Of a DNA stretch of 64,000 nucleotides, positions 21,043-29,753 are shown piece by piece. Positions within the stretch are counted from its first letter, which is position 1. Every line of letters begins with the position of its first letter. This DNA is from Acidimicrobiales bacterium. Its GTDB lineage: Bacteria > Actinomycetota > Acidimicrobiia > Acidimicrobiales > Bin134. A model generated the notes under the pieces. It searched no databases, was not told the DNA's origin, and saw nothing but the letters and a program-made list of their open reading frames with translations. Where the stretch lies: the NCBI GenBank assembly GCA_963663255.1, contig OY760141.1, positions 1,641,580 to 1,705,579 of the forward strand, read 5' to 3'. Position numbers and translations under genes: made by a program.

Positions 21043-24000
21043 AGATCTGAATTCGACTCCGTGGTGAACTCGGGATCGGCCGCGGCTCTTTGAACGGCGG
21101 TCTCTTGCTCGGCCATTTCGGCCCGCCCCGACAGGTCGAGGTAGCGCTTGTAAACCTGATCGAAGCGGAAGTACTCGATTTGCTCGCGGTCGCCGAAGAA
21201 CTGGTCTTCGATGAACGGCTCGATGTTGTACTTCCAAATGCGACGCATCGCCTCCTCGTCGAGGCCTTGCTTCATGAAGTGGCTCGGCCCCAGCAGCAGG
21301 TGAGGCCCGCCCAATTCTCTGTCGAGTTCATCGTTGACTTGCGCGACGAGCTCGCCGACCCAGTTGGGCTCATCGTTCTCAGCCAGCCATCGCTCAAGCA
21401 GCCCTTCCATAGGCCACCGATTCGGGAAGAACGGGATGAAATGGAACCGGCGCCGCAGTGCAGCGTCCACGAGGGCGATGGAGCGATCGGCGGTGTTCAT
21501 TGTCCCGATGAACCACAGGTTTCGGGGAAGCTCAAACGTATCGTCGGGGCGGTAAAGGGTGCGCACGCTCTCGTCGCGGTACTCCAACATAAACAGCAGC
21601 TCGCCGAACACCTTGGGCAAATTGGCCCGGTTGATCTCGTCGATGATCATCACGTGCCGTCGGCCGGCGGAATCTGCGGCCCTCTGTGCCATGTCCGCTA
21701 AGGGACCGGGTGTGAGCTCGTAGATCATGTCGCCGCCGTCAGCTTGGGGTCGGTACCCCTCGAAGAAGTCCTCATAGGAACTTGAAGGATGGAACTGAAC
21801 CAACGCCCTTTGCCCCGGATCAGGTGCCAGTACCCTGGCAAGCTCCCGAGCCAGGTAAGTCTTCCCCGTCCCCGGCGGCCCATAGAAGATCACCTGCCCC
21901 TTGTCTTCCAGCAATTTGACGATGTCCTCCAAGAATCCGGGGTCAACCAACAATTTCTCTGCCAATACGCCTAGCGGGTCGGTCGTACCCTCCTCCAGAG
22001 TCAATTGCCACTGATACCAATAGAGGAACTGCGACATTCCCCAGGGGTCGTCAGGAAAGAATGGTGCAAGGCGATCGCGTAGAATCCTGTTGGATTCCAC
22101 GTGAACTTCGCCGCGCGAACCAGTGGGTTCGTCGAGCCCGATTAGGGCGAGCATCGCGCGCTTGCCTTTTTCTCCGCCTTGGGGGTAGACGCAGAGGTAT
22201 TTGTAGGGGTGTGTGATGGCTAGCAGTTTCATGATTACCGATTCGCCCAGACCTTTGATGCGAAATTGATCGTCCATGAGCAGCCGGTCGATGCGCTCCG
22301 CGTCAGAGTCGTCGCCCCAGCACAGATAGCGGAGGGACTCCATCATGCGGTCATACTCCGATTCGTCGGCTTCGTTGAACGACCTATTAAGCAGTGGCAT
22401 GGGCCCGGTGCCTCCGTATCCACCTCCACTCCAGATCCGGCGGATTTCAGTGCGTTCAGCTAGGGCTATTGACTCAGGCTTGAGCATTCCCGCAAATCGG
22501 CGCTGTTCGGCTCTGTGGTCTTCATCCCAATGCCTGGGATATCCCTCCTCAGTTCGGAATTTATTGACAAATGAAGCGATTGGATCGCCATCTCCCGTAG
22601 GCGGCACCAGTGGTTCTCCCGTTGCCCTGGCCAACAGCTCATCAAACAGGGGCTTCAGCAACACGGCCACTTCCAGAACTGTTGCCGCAAGGTCAATTCT
22701 GTGGAACTCGTCGCGTTCGAACCATCGGCCATAAACGAACTCCCCGCGCCGTCCGTAGAAGCCAACGTCGTCCCCGATTCGGGACTCGGCGCCGCCTAGC
22801 ACGCGGCAGTCGGGGTAGTCGGCGGCCTCAAGAATTGGCGCTATTTCGTCCCACCATCCTTCGCGAACTAATCCAGGGCGCAGGGCGACAGCGGCACCCC
22901 GGTCATTCACCCACACGCGGATGCCCAAGCCGGACACATTCTTGGCGTTCCAGTCCACCCATAGATCAGCTCTGGGGTAGGTGGGGGTCCAGTCGAGTGG
23001 GGGTTTGCCCACTGTCGTTTCCCGGTCAAGTGCTGATGTGACTTTCTCTACAAGCTGGTCGCCCCAGAACTTTGCGATGCTAACCATTGCCCGGGCATTG
23101 GCCTCCCGCTCAGCTGTCGACGCGCCCTCAGCGTCGAGGCCCAACGTGACTCGCTCAGACAGCACGTCATCTATGAACACCGGGCGCTCGCTATGCCACC
23201 ATGCGGCGGTCGTCTCAAACTCGACATGGTCGGAGGTAAGTTCCCGAACCCTCTCGACAAACACCCGATACCGCTCGGGAGGACCACCTGGGAGGCTCTC
23301 ACCGGTAGAGAACTCAATGAAGCGGGCAGCACTTGGCCAAATCACCGGCCAGCGTTCCCTGTCAGCGAGCGCCCAGAAATATGACAAGAGGAATGGCACA
23401 TTGCCTGGGGCCGGGTGCGATCCCACTTTGACGCTCTTGACGTGTTCTACAACTCTCTGAATCTTGGTGACTGCCTCTTCATCGGATGTCGGCGTAGCCA
23501 GTGAATCTGCCAGCAGTATTGCTAGCCCGTGATGGTCTTCGGACCGATTGACGAGTTGGTTCAGCATCATCTGACCACTCTGACCCTTGAACGCCAAGGT
23601 TCCGGGCTTGCGCGACCACACTTCCATCCGTTCTTTGAACGATTGCACGTCGCCTGCGCGGCGGAGCTCAGCCAACAGCAACAAAGCTTCGTCCGCGCTT
23701 GCGTCAAACCCGTCAGTAGCTGCCTTGGCCTCTTGGTAGTGGTCTTCATCCGCAAGGAATCTCGCAGCATGCGCCTCGTACCACATCTGTCGGAACTCAA
23801 GTTCGGCAGGCGAGACCTGCCCTGGGTGCGCGGCACCATCGATAGTGCTGCCCGTATGGGTGTCCAGGTAATTCCTGAGGGTTTGGCCGTCTTCGTTCTT
23901 CCACTTGTCATACCCATACATCCGTCTGCCGCTGAGAATGCATGTTGCATAGGTAGGAGTCTTGAAAGGGGTGTCCCGGGTCAGCACCAAGCGGTCGCCA

Positions 24001-24236
24001 TCAATCTCGAAGGCGCCTTCCTCAACCAGGCAGTCCCGACCTGCTTGGTATGGTCTGCCCGGCGCCCCGAACGCCGGTGTCGTCTCGACACGCCCTACCG
24101 CACCGGCCTGAACAAGGAAGCGTCCATCTGGGAGTGGCCTGCCCGTGCCCTCACAGCCTGAGAGGTCAAGACGGAAGACCGGGCTGCCGTCTGAGGGGTC
24201 TGGTTTCGTTTCTATCTGATCAGTCACTCCGAGCAC
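21039..24236 (-). CDS. McrB-like AAA+ GTPase with long N-terminal extension (DUF4357-like domain plus an unassigned ~630-aa region)
   Basis: Walker A FYGPPGTGKTY. Walker B VMIIDEINRANL. McrB GTP-specificity motif GTMNTADRS. RRRFHFIPF. N-terminal segment GRFLVQAGAV...TPFKTPTYATCILSGRRMYGYDKWKNEDGQTL resembles DUF4357. The start is GTG 24236 or 24227; the listed 24389 start overlaps the toxin ORF. Confidence 0.85.
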   Translation of the reverse strand: MLGVTDQIETKPDPSDGSPVFRLDLSGCEGTGRPLPDGRFLVQAGAVGRVETTPAFGAPGRPYQAGRDCLVEEGAFEIDGDRLVLTRDTPFKTPTYATCILSGRRMYGYDKWKNEDGQTLRNYLDTHTGSTIDGAAHPGQVSPAELEFRQMWYEAHAARFLADEDHYQEAKAATDGFDASADEALLLLAELRRAGDVQSFKERMEVWSRKPGTLAFKGQSGQMMLNQLVNRSEDHHGLAILLADSLATPTSDEEAVTKIQRVVEHVKSVKVGSHPAPGNVPFLLSYFWALADRERWPVIWPSAARFIEFSTGESLPGGPPERYRVFVERVRELTSDHVEFETTAAWWHSERPVFIDDVLSERVTLGLDAEGASTAEREANARAMVSIAKFWGDQLVEKVTSALDRETTVGKPPLDWTPTYPRADLWVDWNAKNVSGLGIRVWVNDRGAAVALRPGLVREGWWDEIAPILEAADYPDCRVLGGAESRIGDDVGFYGRRGEFVYGRWFERDEFHRIDLAATVLEVAVLLKPLFDELLARATGEPLVPPTGDGDPIASFVNKFRTEEGYPRHWDEDHRAEQRRFAGMLKPESIALAERTEIRRIWSGGGYGGTGPMPLLNRSFNEADESEYDRMMESLRYLCWGDDSDAERIDRLLMDDQFRIKGLGESVIMKLLAITHPYKYLCVYPQGGEKGKRAMLALIGLDEPTGSRGEVHVESNRILRDRLAPFFPDDPWGMSQFLYWYQWQLTLEEGTTDPLGVLAEKLLVDPGFLEDIVKLLEDKGQVIFYGPPGTGKTYLARELARVLAPDPGQRALVQFHPSSSYEDFFEGYRPQADGGDMIYELTPGPLADMAQRAADSAGRRHVMIIDEINRANLPKVFGELLFMLEYRDESVRTLYRPDDTFELPRNLWFIGTMNTADRSIALVDAALRRRFHFIPFFPNRWPMEGLLERWLAENDEPNWVGELVAQVNDELDRELGGPHLLLGPSHFMKQGLDEEAMRRIWKYNIEPFIEDQFFGDREQIEYFRFDQVYKRYLDLSGRAEMAEQETAVQRAAADPEFTTESNSDL

Positions 24237-24277
24237 TCTACTTGTGAGGTGTGACGGCTTGTCCCTACTAGTGACGG

Positions 24278-24580
24278 CTACTCGGTGGCCTTGGGGTGGC
24301 CGGTGTGGACGGCGGTCAGCCAGACGGTTTTCCTGTCGTCGTCGATGCAATACCAGATGCGGCCACCGCCGGTGACCTCGTATTGCCATTGGGGTAACGC
24401 CACGCCATTGATTGTGTGTGTGGACAAGTCGTCCTTTAGTGGCTTCTGGCGACTATCCCATCGCCGAGGATCTGCGGTGATGAGTTCCCACGCCTTTCTG
24501 GTGTTATTGGGGGCGGCGGCGCTGAGCCGCTCCCAGGATTTGGCCGCGTCATTGCTGGCGAAACGGCAGTCCCACCCGCC
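24278..24580 (-). pseudogene. RelE/ParE-family toxin-like ORF without a canonical start codon
   Basis: 100-codon open frame ending ...LPQWQYEVTGGGRIWYCIDDDRKTVWLTAVHTGHPKATE*, a typical RelE/ParE C-terminus. An in-frame TAG sits at 24581-24583. No ATG/GTG/TTG occurs until codon ~52. GTG 24575 is one nucleotide out of frame, next to a G-run. Confidence 0.55.
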
Positions 24581-24621
24581 CTAGCGCGGCGGTGGTGCGA
24601 CGCGGTCCCGGCGACGGGGCG

Positions 24622-25086
24622 TCAATCGACGGCCGGGGGAGGAAGGACGCGACGGCCGTCAGTCACCGTGATAGGGGCGGTGAGAAGGGCAGTGAGCTCA
24701 GGATCGCTGAGGATCTCAGCTGTATTTTGCCAAGAGTCGATAGTGAGGTCGACTTGTTCAAAGTTCCCAACACTGGCAGAGGCGAGAATGATCCGCGTCA
24801 GTTCCTCGGCAAATTCGCGACGTCCATCGCTGGAGAGGAATTCGACCCAGGGGAAGGCGGACTCAACGGCGTCATCCATTGCCTCGGGGGAGTCAGCGGA
24901 AATCTTGCAGAGAAGGCGAGCCAGACACTCGATGGTCTTGGCCCGGCTGATGTCTTTAGCAGCGAGGCTGAGGTATAGATCAGGAGCGTTGCGGCGGCGC
25001 AGCACTACGTCGTGCTGCGCGAGATCTGCCACTACCTCTTTAGGTTGTCGGAGGAACTCGGAGAAGGTGCGCTCGATTACCTGCAT
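24622..25086 (-). CDS. Phd/YefM-like antitoxin with extended C-terminal domain (putative)
   Basis: N-terminus MQVIERTFSEFLRQPKEVVADLAQHDVVLRRRNAPDLYL resembles prevent-host-death antitoxins. It lies 41 nt upstream of the toxin-like ORF, and palindromic operators sit upstream. Confidence 0.5.
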   Translation of the reverse strand: MQVIERTFSEFLRQPKEVVADLAQHDVVLRRRNAPDLYLSLAAKDISRAKTIECLARLLCKISADSPEAMDDAVESAFPWVEFLSSDGRREFAEELTRIILASASVGNFEQVDLTIDSWQNTAEILSDPELTALLTAPITVTDGRRVLPPPAVD

Positions 25087-25094
25087 GGAGCCAG

Positions 25095-25144
25095 GATATC
25101 TGAGCTACTTCAGATATCAAGCAGATATCAGCCAGCTAGCTAGC
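25095..25144 (-). promoter_or_regulatory. Candidate TA operator: inverted repeat plus a third half-site and a GCTAGCTAGC palindrome
   Basis: GATATCTGA (25095-25103) / TCAGATATC (25110-25118) form a perfect 9-bp inverted repeat with a 6-bp spacer. CAGATATCA recurs at 25122-25130. GCTAGCTAGC lies at 25135-25144. All are within 60 nt upstream of the antitoxin ATG (25086). Confidence 0.4.
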
Positions 25145-25170
25145 ACTAAGGCCTACATGCGGGGCCGTAC

Positions 25171-25602
25171 CTAGCTCCGACTGCCGAGCACCACGTTCTC
25201 AAGGACCTCGCTGTCGCCGGTGCGGACGTACCACTCCCAGGTGGTGCCGTCGGGGTCGGTGACCCAGGTTTCGGTCTTCTCGGCGAAGCAGCACTGTGTG
25301 TCGTCCACTCCGGTGGTTTCCAGCCCCGAAACGCTTAGGCGGCGCTCAGCGTCGAGCACCTCCTCGGTAGTTTCAACCTCCACTCCAAGGTGGTTGATGG
25401 TGCCCCCGGCGCCGTTGAAGCATCCTTCGTCGTCGCTGCAATCGTGGCCGGTCTCGAACAGCACCAGCTTCAGCGGCGGCTGTTCGATGGCGAAGTTGGC
25501 GTAGCCCGGTCGGCGCCGGGCCGGCTCCACGCCGAAGAGGCGGGAGTAGAACTCCACCGCCTGATCCATATCGGACACGTTCAAGGCCAGCTGCAATCTC
25601 AT
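25171..25602 (-). CDS. cadI: ArsI/CadI-family VOC metalloprotein
   Basis: MRLQLALNVSDMDQAVEFYSRLFGVEPARRRPGYANFAIEQPPLKLVLFE...INHLGVEV...CCFAEKTETWVTDPDGTTWEWY closely follows the CadI/ArsI pattern, including the vicinal CC. Confidence 0.8.
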   Translation of the reverse strand: MRLQLALNVSDMDQAVEFYSRLFGVEPARRRPGYANFAIEQPPLKLVLFETGHDCSDDEGCFNGAGGTINHLGVEVETTEEVLDAERRLSVSGLETTGVDDTQCCFAEKTETWVTDPDGTTWEWYVRTGDSEVLENVVLGSRS

Positions 25603-25991
25603 CTCGCCTCCCTTCCCATGAATTCTAAGCGGTTTCCAAACGGATCACAGATGTACACCCGCTCGGTCCCATCGGCCTGGTCCTGGGCAACTTCATAACC
25701 CTGGGAACGGGCTCTCTCAGCCAATCCGGCAATATCCGCAGCCAAAAAGGCCACATGCGCCTTTCGGGCGGGACGAAAATCCGGGTCGATTCCCAAGTGC
25801 AGCTGCCCGCAAGTCCCCTCCGGCAGCTCGAACCAGCACCCGCCCCGCTTGGCCAGATCCGCCGGCTTGGGAACTTCTTTCAGCCCCAGCAGCCCGCCAT
25901 AGAACGCTCTCGCCTCATCCTCGCCACCCTCTGGAATGGCGACCTGTACATGGACGATCGAGCTGACCAGAGGTTTCATGCCCTCGCCCAC
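25599..25991 (-). CDS. VOC (glyoxalase/bleomycin-resistance/dioxygenase) family protein
   Basis: VHVQVAIPEGGEDEARAFYGGLLGL...YICDPFGNRLEF. 4-nt overlap with cadI. Confidence 0.7.
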   Translation of the reverse strand: MGEGMKPLVSSIVHVQVAIPEGGEDEARAFYGGLLGLKEVPKPADLAKRGGCWFELPEGTCGQLHLGIDPDFRPARKAHVAFLAADIAGLAERARSQGYEVAQDQADGTERVYICDPFGNRLEFMGREAR

Positions 25992-25994
25992 AGC

Positions 25995-27236
25995 TCAGTC
26001 TTCTAACGGAATGTTGTGGTGGGCGATGTATTCGGTGAATTGGGCACGGACGCCGGATTCGTCCAGGCCGAGGGCGGATGGGTCGTAGACGTGCTTGCCG
26101 AACTTGTCCTTGGGCTTGTCGGCCAGATAGGCGAGAATGGCGGAGGCCAGCTCGTCGGAGAACTCCAGGCCCAAGCGGTCGTACACGGCCCGCACCGCCG
26201 GAACCGGGTCGCTCATCAGGTCGCGGAACAGCAGATCGGCGATCTGGTCGTCGGGGACCTCTCCTGAGGCCCGCTGGCCCATGACCATGTCCATCATCAT
26301 CTGGTAGATGAACAACATGATGGGGCCGTTCTCGCTCGGGGTTACCGAATCGCTTCGCATCCAGTGCATGGTGGTGGTGATGTTGGCCACCGAGCCCAAG
26401 AACCTGACCGGATCGCGGTGGGTCAGGATCACCCGGGCGTCGGGGTAGGCGGCAAAGAGGTCCGGGAGCGTTCCCATGTGGGCCGGCGACTTCAACAGGA
26501 ACTGGGCCGGAGCGCCGTCGACGTGCTGCAAGGTCCGAAGGAAATTCTTATGCCACCGGTACACCGCGTCGAAATCAGCGGACACTCCCCGCTCAGCGAG
26601 CTCGCCGATGGCATGCATCATCGGCCAGTGCCAACTGCGGAACTCCGGTTGGCAGAAGTGGATGCACTCCACCGGCAGGTCGCTGCGCAGCTCGTGCATG
26701 GTCATGAACTCGGGCTGGATATCAGCCCAGAACTCCTGTTCGGGCTCGCTGCACGCCAGCGGGTCGGCCCCTGATTCTGGCAGCGTGCCCAACGGGAAGT
26801 GGGCCTCGTGTCCCCGCACCCCCCGCAAGTTGGGGTCCAGCGCCAAGAGCTCCAACAAGATGGTGGTCCCGGTTCGAGGTGGACCGGAGACGAACACCGG
26901 GGTGGTGACCTCGGCCGCAAGGGCTTCGGGATTGGCCCGCCAATAGTCCACCATTCGCAGCCGGTTTTGCAGGTTGCGAATGATCTCTCCTCGGGCGCTG
27001 AGCCGCCCCACCACATTCAGCTGGGCATTCTCATTCAGGGCATCGCACACTGCCCGGTAGCCAGCCTCCCAACCCGGCTCGTCGCCGAAATCCGACAGCC
27101 CCACCGATTCAATCGCCACCGCCAGCATGTCGTCGGCGTCCAGGCTGACCAAACGGGCCGGATCGCCCACCGCGGTACCGAACAGGTTCAGACGCCGCAC
27201 CCAGTCGGGTCGCGGCAGATGTCCCTTGTGCTCCAT
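25995..27236 (-). CDS. Sulfotransferase family protein
   Basis: 5'-PSB loop GPPRTGTTILLELL. 3'-PB-like LTHRDPVRFLGS. Size is typical of actinobacterial Stf-type enzymes. Confidence 0.75.
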   Translation of the reverse strand: MEHKGHLPRPDWVRRLNLFGTAVGDPARLVSLDADDMLAVAIESVGLSDFGDEPGWEAGYRAVCDALNENAQLNVVGRLSARGEIIRNLQNRLRMVDYWRANPEALAAEVTTPVFVSGPPRTGTTILLELLALDPNLRGVRGHEAHFPLGTLPESGADPLACSEPEQEFWADIQPEFMTMHELRSDLPVECIHFCQPEFRSWHWPMMHAIGELAERGVSADFDAVYRWHKNFLRTLQHVDGAPAQFLLKSPAHMGTLPDLFAAYPDARVILTHRDPVRFLGSVANITTTMHWMRSDSVTPSENGPIMLFIYQMMMDMVMGQRASGEVPDDQIADLLFRDLMSDPVPAVRAVYDRLGLEFSDELASAILAYLADKPKDKFGKHVYDPSALGLDESGVRAQFTEYIAHHNIPLED

Positions 27237-27264
27237 TATTGTGCTGCCTCGCTTGTCTCTTCCG

Positions 27265-28911
27265 TCAAGCGTGCCGCTCTTGGGCTGTCTCGCCCAAACT
27301 GAGCTCCTCGATCGACTGCTCTCGCATTAGGTACTTCTGGATCTTGCCGGTGATGGTCATGGGGAACTCGTCGGTGAACTTGATGTAGCGGGGGATCTTG
27401 TAGTGGGCGATCTGGCCCCGGCAGAACTCCTTGATGTCGCCGGCATCCGGCACGGTGCCGTCACGCAGTTGGATCCAGGCCATTATCTCCTCTCCGTATC
27501 GGGCATCGGGGACGCCGATCACCTGCACCTCGGCCACGTCGGGGTGGCGGTAGAGGTACTCCTCGATCTCTCGGGGATAGACGTTCTCGCCGCCCCGGAT
27601 GATCATGTCTTTGATGCGGCCGACGATGTTGACGTAACCGTCGTCGTCCATGACGGCGAGATCACCGCTGTGCATCCACCCCTGGTCGTCGATGGCCTCG
27701 GCGGTGCGGACCTCGTCGTCCCAGTACCCCAGCATCACCGAGTAGCCACGGGTCATGAATTCGCCGGCCTGGCCACGGGGCACGGTCTTGCCGGTGTCGG
27801 GATCCGCAATGCGGATCTCAACGTGGGGTAGAACCCGGCCCACGGTGCCCACCCGCTTGTCGAGCGAGTCGTTGGGCGACGTCTGGGTGGACGCTGGAGA
27901 GGTCTCGGTCATGCCGTAGGCGATGGTCATCTCGGTCAAGTTCATCCGGTCGACCACCTGCTTCATCACCTCCACGGGGCATGGCGAGCCGGCCATGATC
28001 CCGGTCCTAAGCGACGACAGGTCGAAATCGTCGAGGTCGGGCTCAGCCAGTTCAGCGATGAACATGGTCGGAACGCCGTAAAGACTGGTACACCGCTCCT
28101 GCTCGCAGGCCCGCAGAGTCGCCGCGGCATCGAACGCGGCCGATGGAATCACCATTGTGGCACCGCGGGTGGTGCATGCGAGGTTGCCCAGCACCATGCC
28201 GAAGCAGTGGTAGAGGGGGACGGGGATGCACACCCGGTCGGCTGCGGTGTATCGGCAGCCCTCGCCAATAAAATACCCATTGTTCAAGATATTGCGGTGG
28301 CTCAGCGTGGCCCCCTTGGGATATCCAGTGGTCCCGCTGGTGTATTGGATGTTGATGGCGTCATCGGTATGGAGTTGTGCGGAGCGCTCCTCTAGCTGAT
28401 CAGCCGACACCCCAGTGCCCGCTCCGAGAAGATCGTCCCAATCAGAAGTGCGGAGATAGATGACCTTTTGGGTGGCAACCCGCTCCCACACGTCGGTGAC
28501 CATGCTCCGGTAGTCGCTGTGGGAGAATGACTCGGCGGCCACCAGCACGCTGGTGCCTGATTGGGTGAGGGCATACTCCAGCTCTGAAACCCGGTAGGCC
28601 GGATTGATGTTCACCAAGATGGCGCCGATTCGGGCGGTGGCGTACTGCACCAGCACCCATTCGGTACAACTGGGACTCCAGATGCCCACCCGGTCGCCCT
28701 TGTCCACACCAATGGCCATGAGCCCCGCGGCCACCTCATCGACCGCCTCGGCGAACTCCCGATAGCTGTAGCGCAAACCCTGCTCAACCGACACCAGCGC
28801 ATCTCGATCGCCGTGAGCAGCCACCGTTCGGACCAAGTTGGCTGAGATGGTCTCCTCCAACAGCGGGATATCAGTCGGCCCGGAAGCCGATGACAGCACT
28901 GCCTTTTCCAT
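27265..28911 (-). CDS. AMP-dependent acyl-CoA synthetase/ligase
   Basis: AMP-binding motif [55 protein letters not shown]-terminal TITGKIQK. Confidence 0.85.
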   Translation of the reverse strand: MEKAVLSSASGPTDIPLLEETISANLVRTVAAHGDRDALVSVEQGLRYSYREFAEAVDEVAAGLMAIGVDKGDRVGIWSPSCTEWVLVQYATARIGAILVNINPAYRVSELEYALTQSGTSVLVAAESFSHSDYRSMVTDVWERVATQKVIYLRTSDWDDLLGAGTGVSADQLEERSAQLHTDDAINIQYTSGTTGYPKGATLSHRNILNNGYFIGEGCRYTAADRVCIPVPLYHCFGMVLGNLACTTRGATMVIPSAAFDAAATLRACEQERCTSLYGVPTMFIAELAEPDLDDFDLSSLRTGIMAGSPCPVEVMKQVVDRMNLTEMTIAYGMTETSPASTQTSPNDSLDKRVGTVGRVLPHVEIRIADPDTGKTVPRGQAGEFMTRGYSVMLGYWDDEVRTAEAIDDQGWMHSGDLAVMDDDGYVNIVGRIKDMIIRGGENVYPREIEEYLYRHPDVAEVQVIGVPDARYGEEIMAWIQLRDGTVPDAGDIKEFCRGQIAHYKIPRYIKFTDEFPMTITGKIQKYLMREQSIEELSLGETAQERHA

Positions 28912-28925
28912 ATCGGAACGCCGCC

Positions 28926-29702
28926 TCAGTCGTGGCTGGTGACACCGCCGTCGACGATGAGGGTGGTGCCGGTTACGAAGCCGGCCTCATCGGACATGAG
29001 GAAGCGGACCGCTTTGGCGATGTCTTCGGGCACGCCCACCCGGCCCAGCGGGGCCTTTTCAATACAGGCGGCCTTGCTCGGGGGGTCGGCCATCATCGGG
29101 GCCGTCATCGCCGTCTCGATGTAGCCGGGGCACACGGCGTTGACCCGGATCCCGTCGGGGCCCAAGTGGTTGGCCAGCGACTTGGTGATGCCCACCACCC
29201 CGTGCTTGGAGGCGGTGTAAGACGGGATCAACGCGTTGCCCACCACCGACATAATCGAGCCGATCCCCACGATGGCCGATCCTCCGTGGCTTCGCAGGTC
29301 ACCCAACAGGGCTTGGGCCACGAACACCTCGGCTCGGAGGTTCACCCCCAGCACCGAGTCCCAGATCTCCTCGGTGAGGTGGTCGATATCCATTGAGGTG
29401 ACGATCCCCGCGGCATGGACCAGCCCGCCAATGGTGCCCAGCGCCTCTCGGGCGGCGACCACCGCGTTGTCCACGGCGGCGCGGTCGGTCACGTCCAATC
29501 CCAGCGAGTGAGTCGCAACTCCGCAGTCTTCCGCGATGGAAGCCGCCGCCTCTGCCGCCCCCTCGGCATTGAGGTCCCACAGCGACACCGGTCGCCCTAC
29601 TTCGGCCAGCGCTCGGGCACAGGCCCGACCGATTCCCGAGCCCCCTCCCGTGACCACCACTCCTGTACCCGGCGACATCTCCAAAACAGACATGGGGGCC
29701 AC
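28926..29702 (-). CDS. SDR-family oxidoreductase (FabG-like)
   Basis: TGGGSGIG cofactor motif. Catalytic [15 protein letters not shown]. Confidence 0.85.
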   Translation of the reverse strand: MAPMSVLEMSPGTGVVVTGGGSGIGRACARALAEVGRPVSLWDLNAEGAAEAAASIAEDCGVATHSLGLDVTDRAAVDNAVVAAREALGTIGGLVHAAGIVTSMDIDHLTEEIWDSVLGVNLRAEVFVAQALLGDLRSHGGSAIVGIGSIMSVVGNALIPSYTASKHGVVGITKSLANHLGPDGIRVNAVCPGYIETAMTAPMMADPPSKAACIEKAPLGRVGVPEDIAKAVRFLMSDEAGFVTGTTLIVDGGVTSHD

Positions 29703-29753
29703 CCTATGCGGTGACGGGCTAGAAGGTGATCTCGCCCGACAGCCTGGCCGGGA

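Noticed and set aside
24237-24389. Upstream extension of the McrB-like ORF to the listed ATG at 24389.
   Set aside because: The extension is Arg/His-rich, overlaps the RelE/ParE-like frame, and precedes the DUF4357-like start. The GTG at 24236 or 24227 is more plausible.
16552-25170. Looked for att-like direct repeats, an integrase or IS ends flanking the island.
   Set aside because: None was found by eye in the two boundary spacers (16552-16700 and 25087-25170). Island mobility therefore stays unproven.
18865-25991. VOC fragment plus full-length VOC gene considered as a target-site duplication bracketing the defence genes.
   Set aside because: DNA identity is only paralogue-level by eye, and the copies are not at symmetrical boundaries. 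It is reported only as an old breakpoint.
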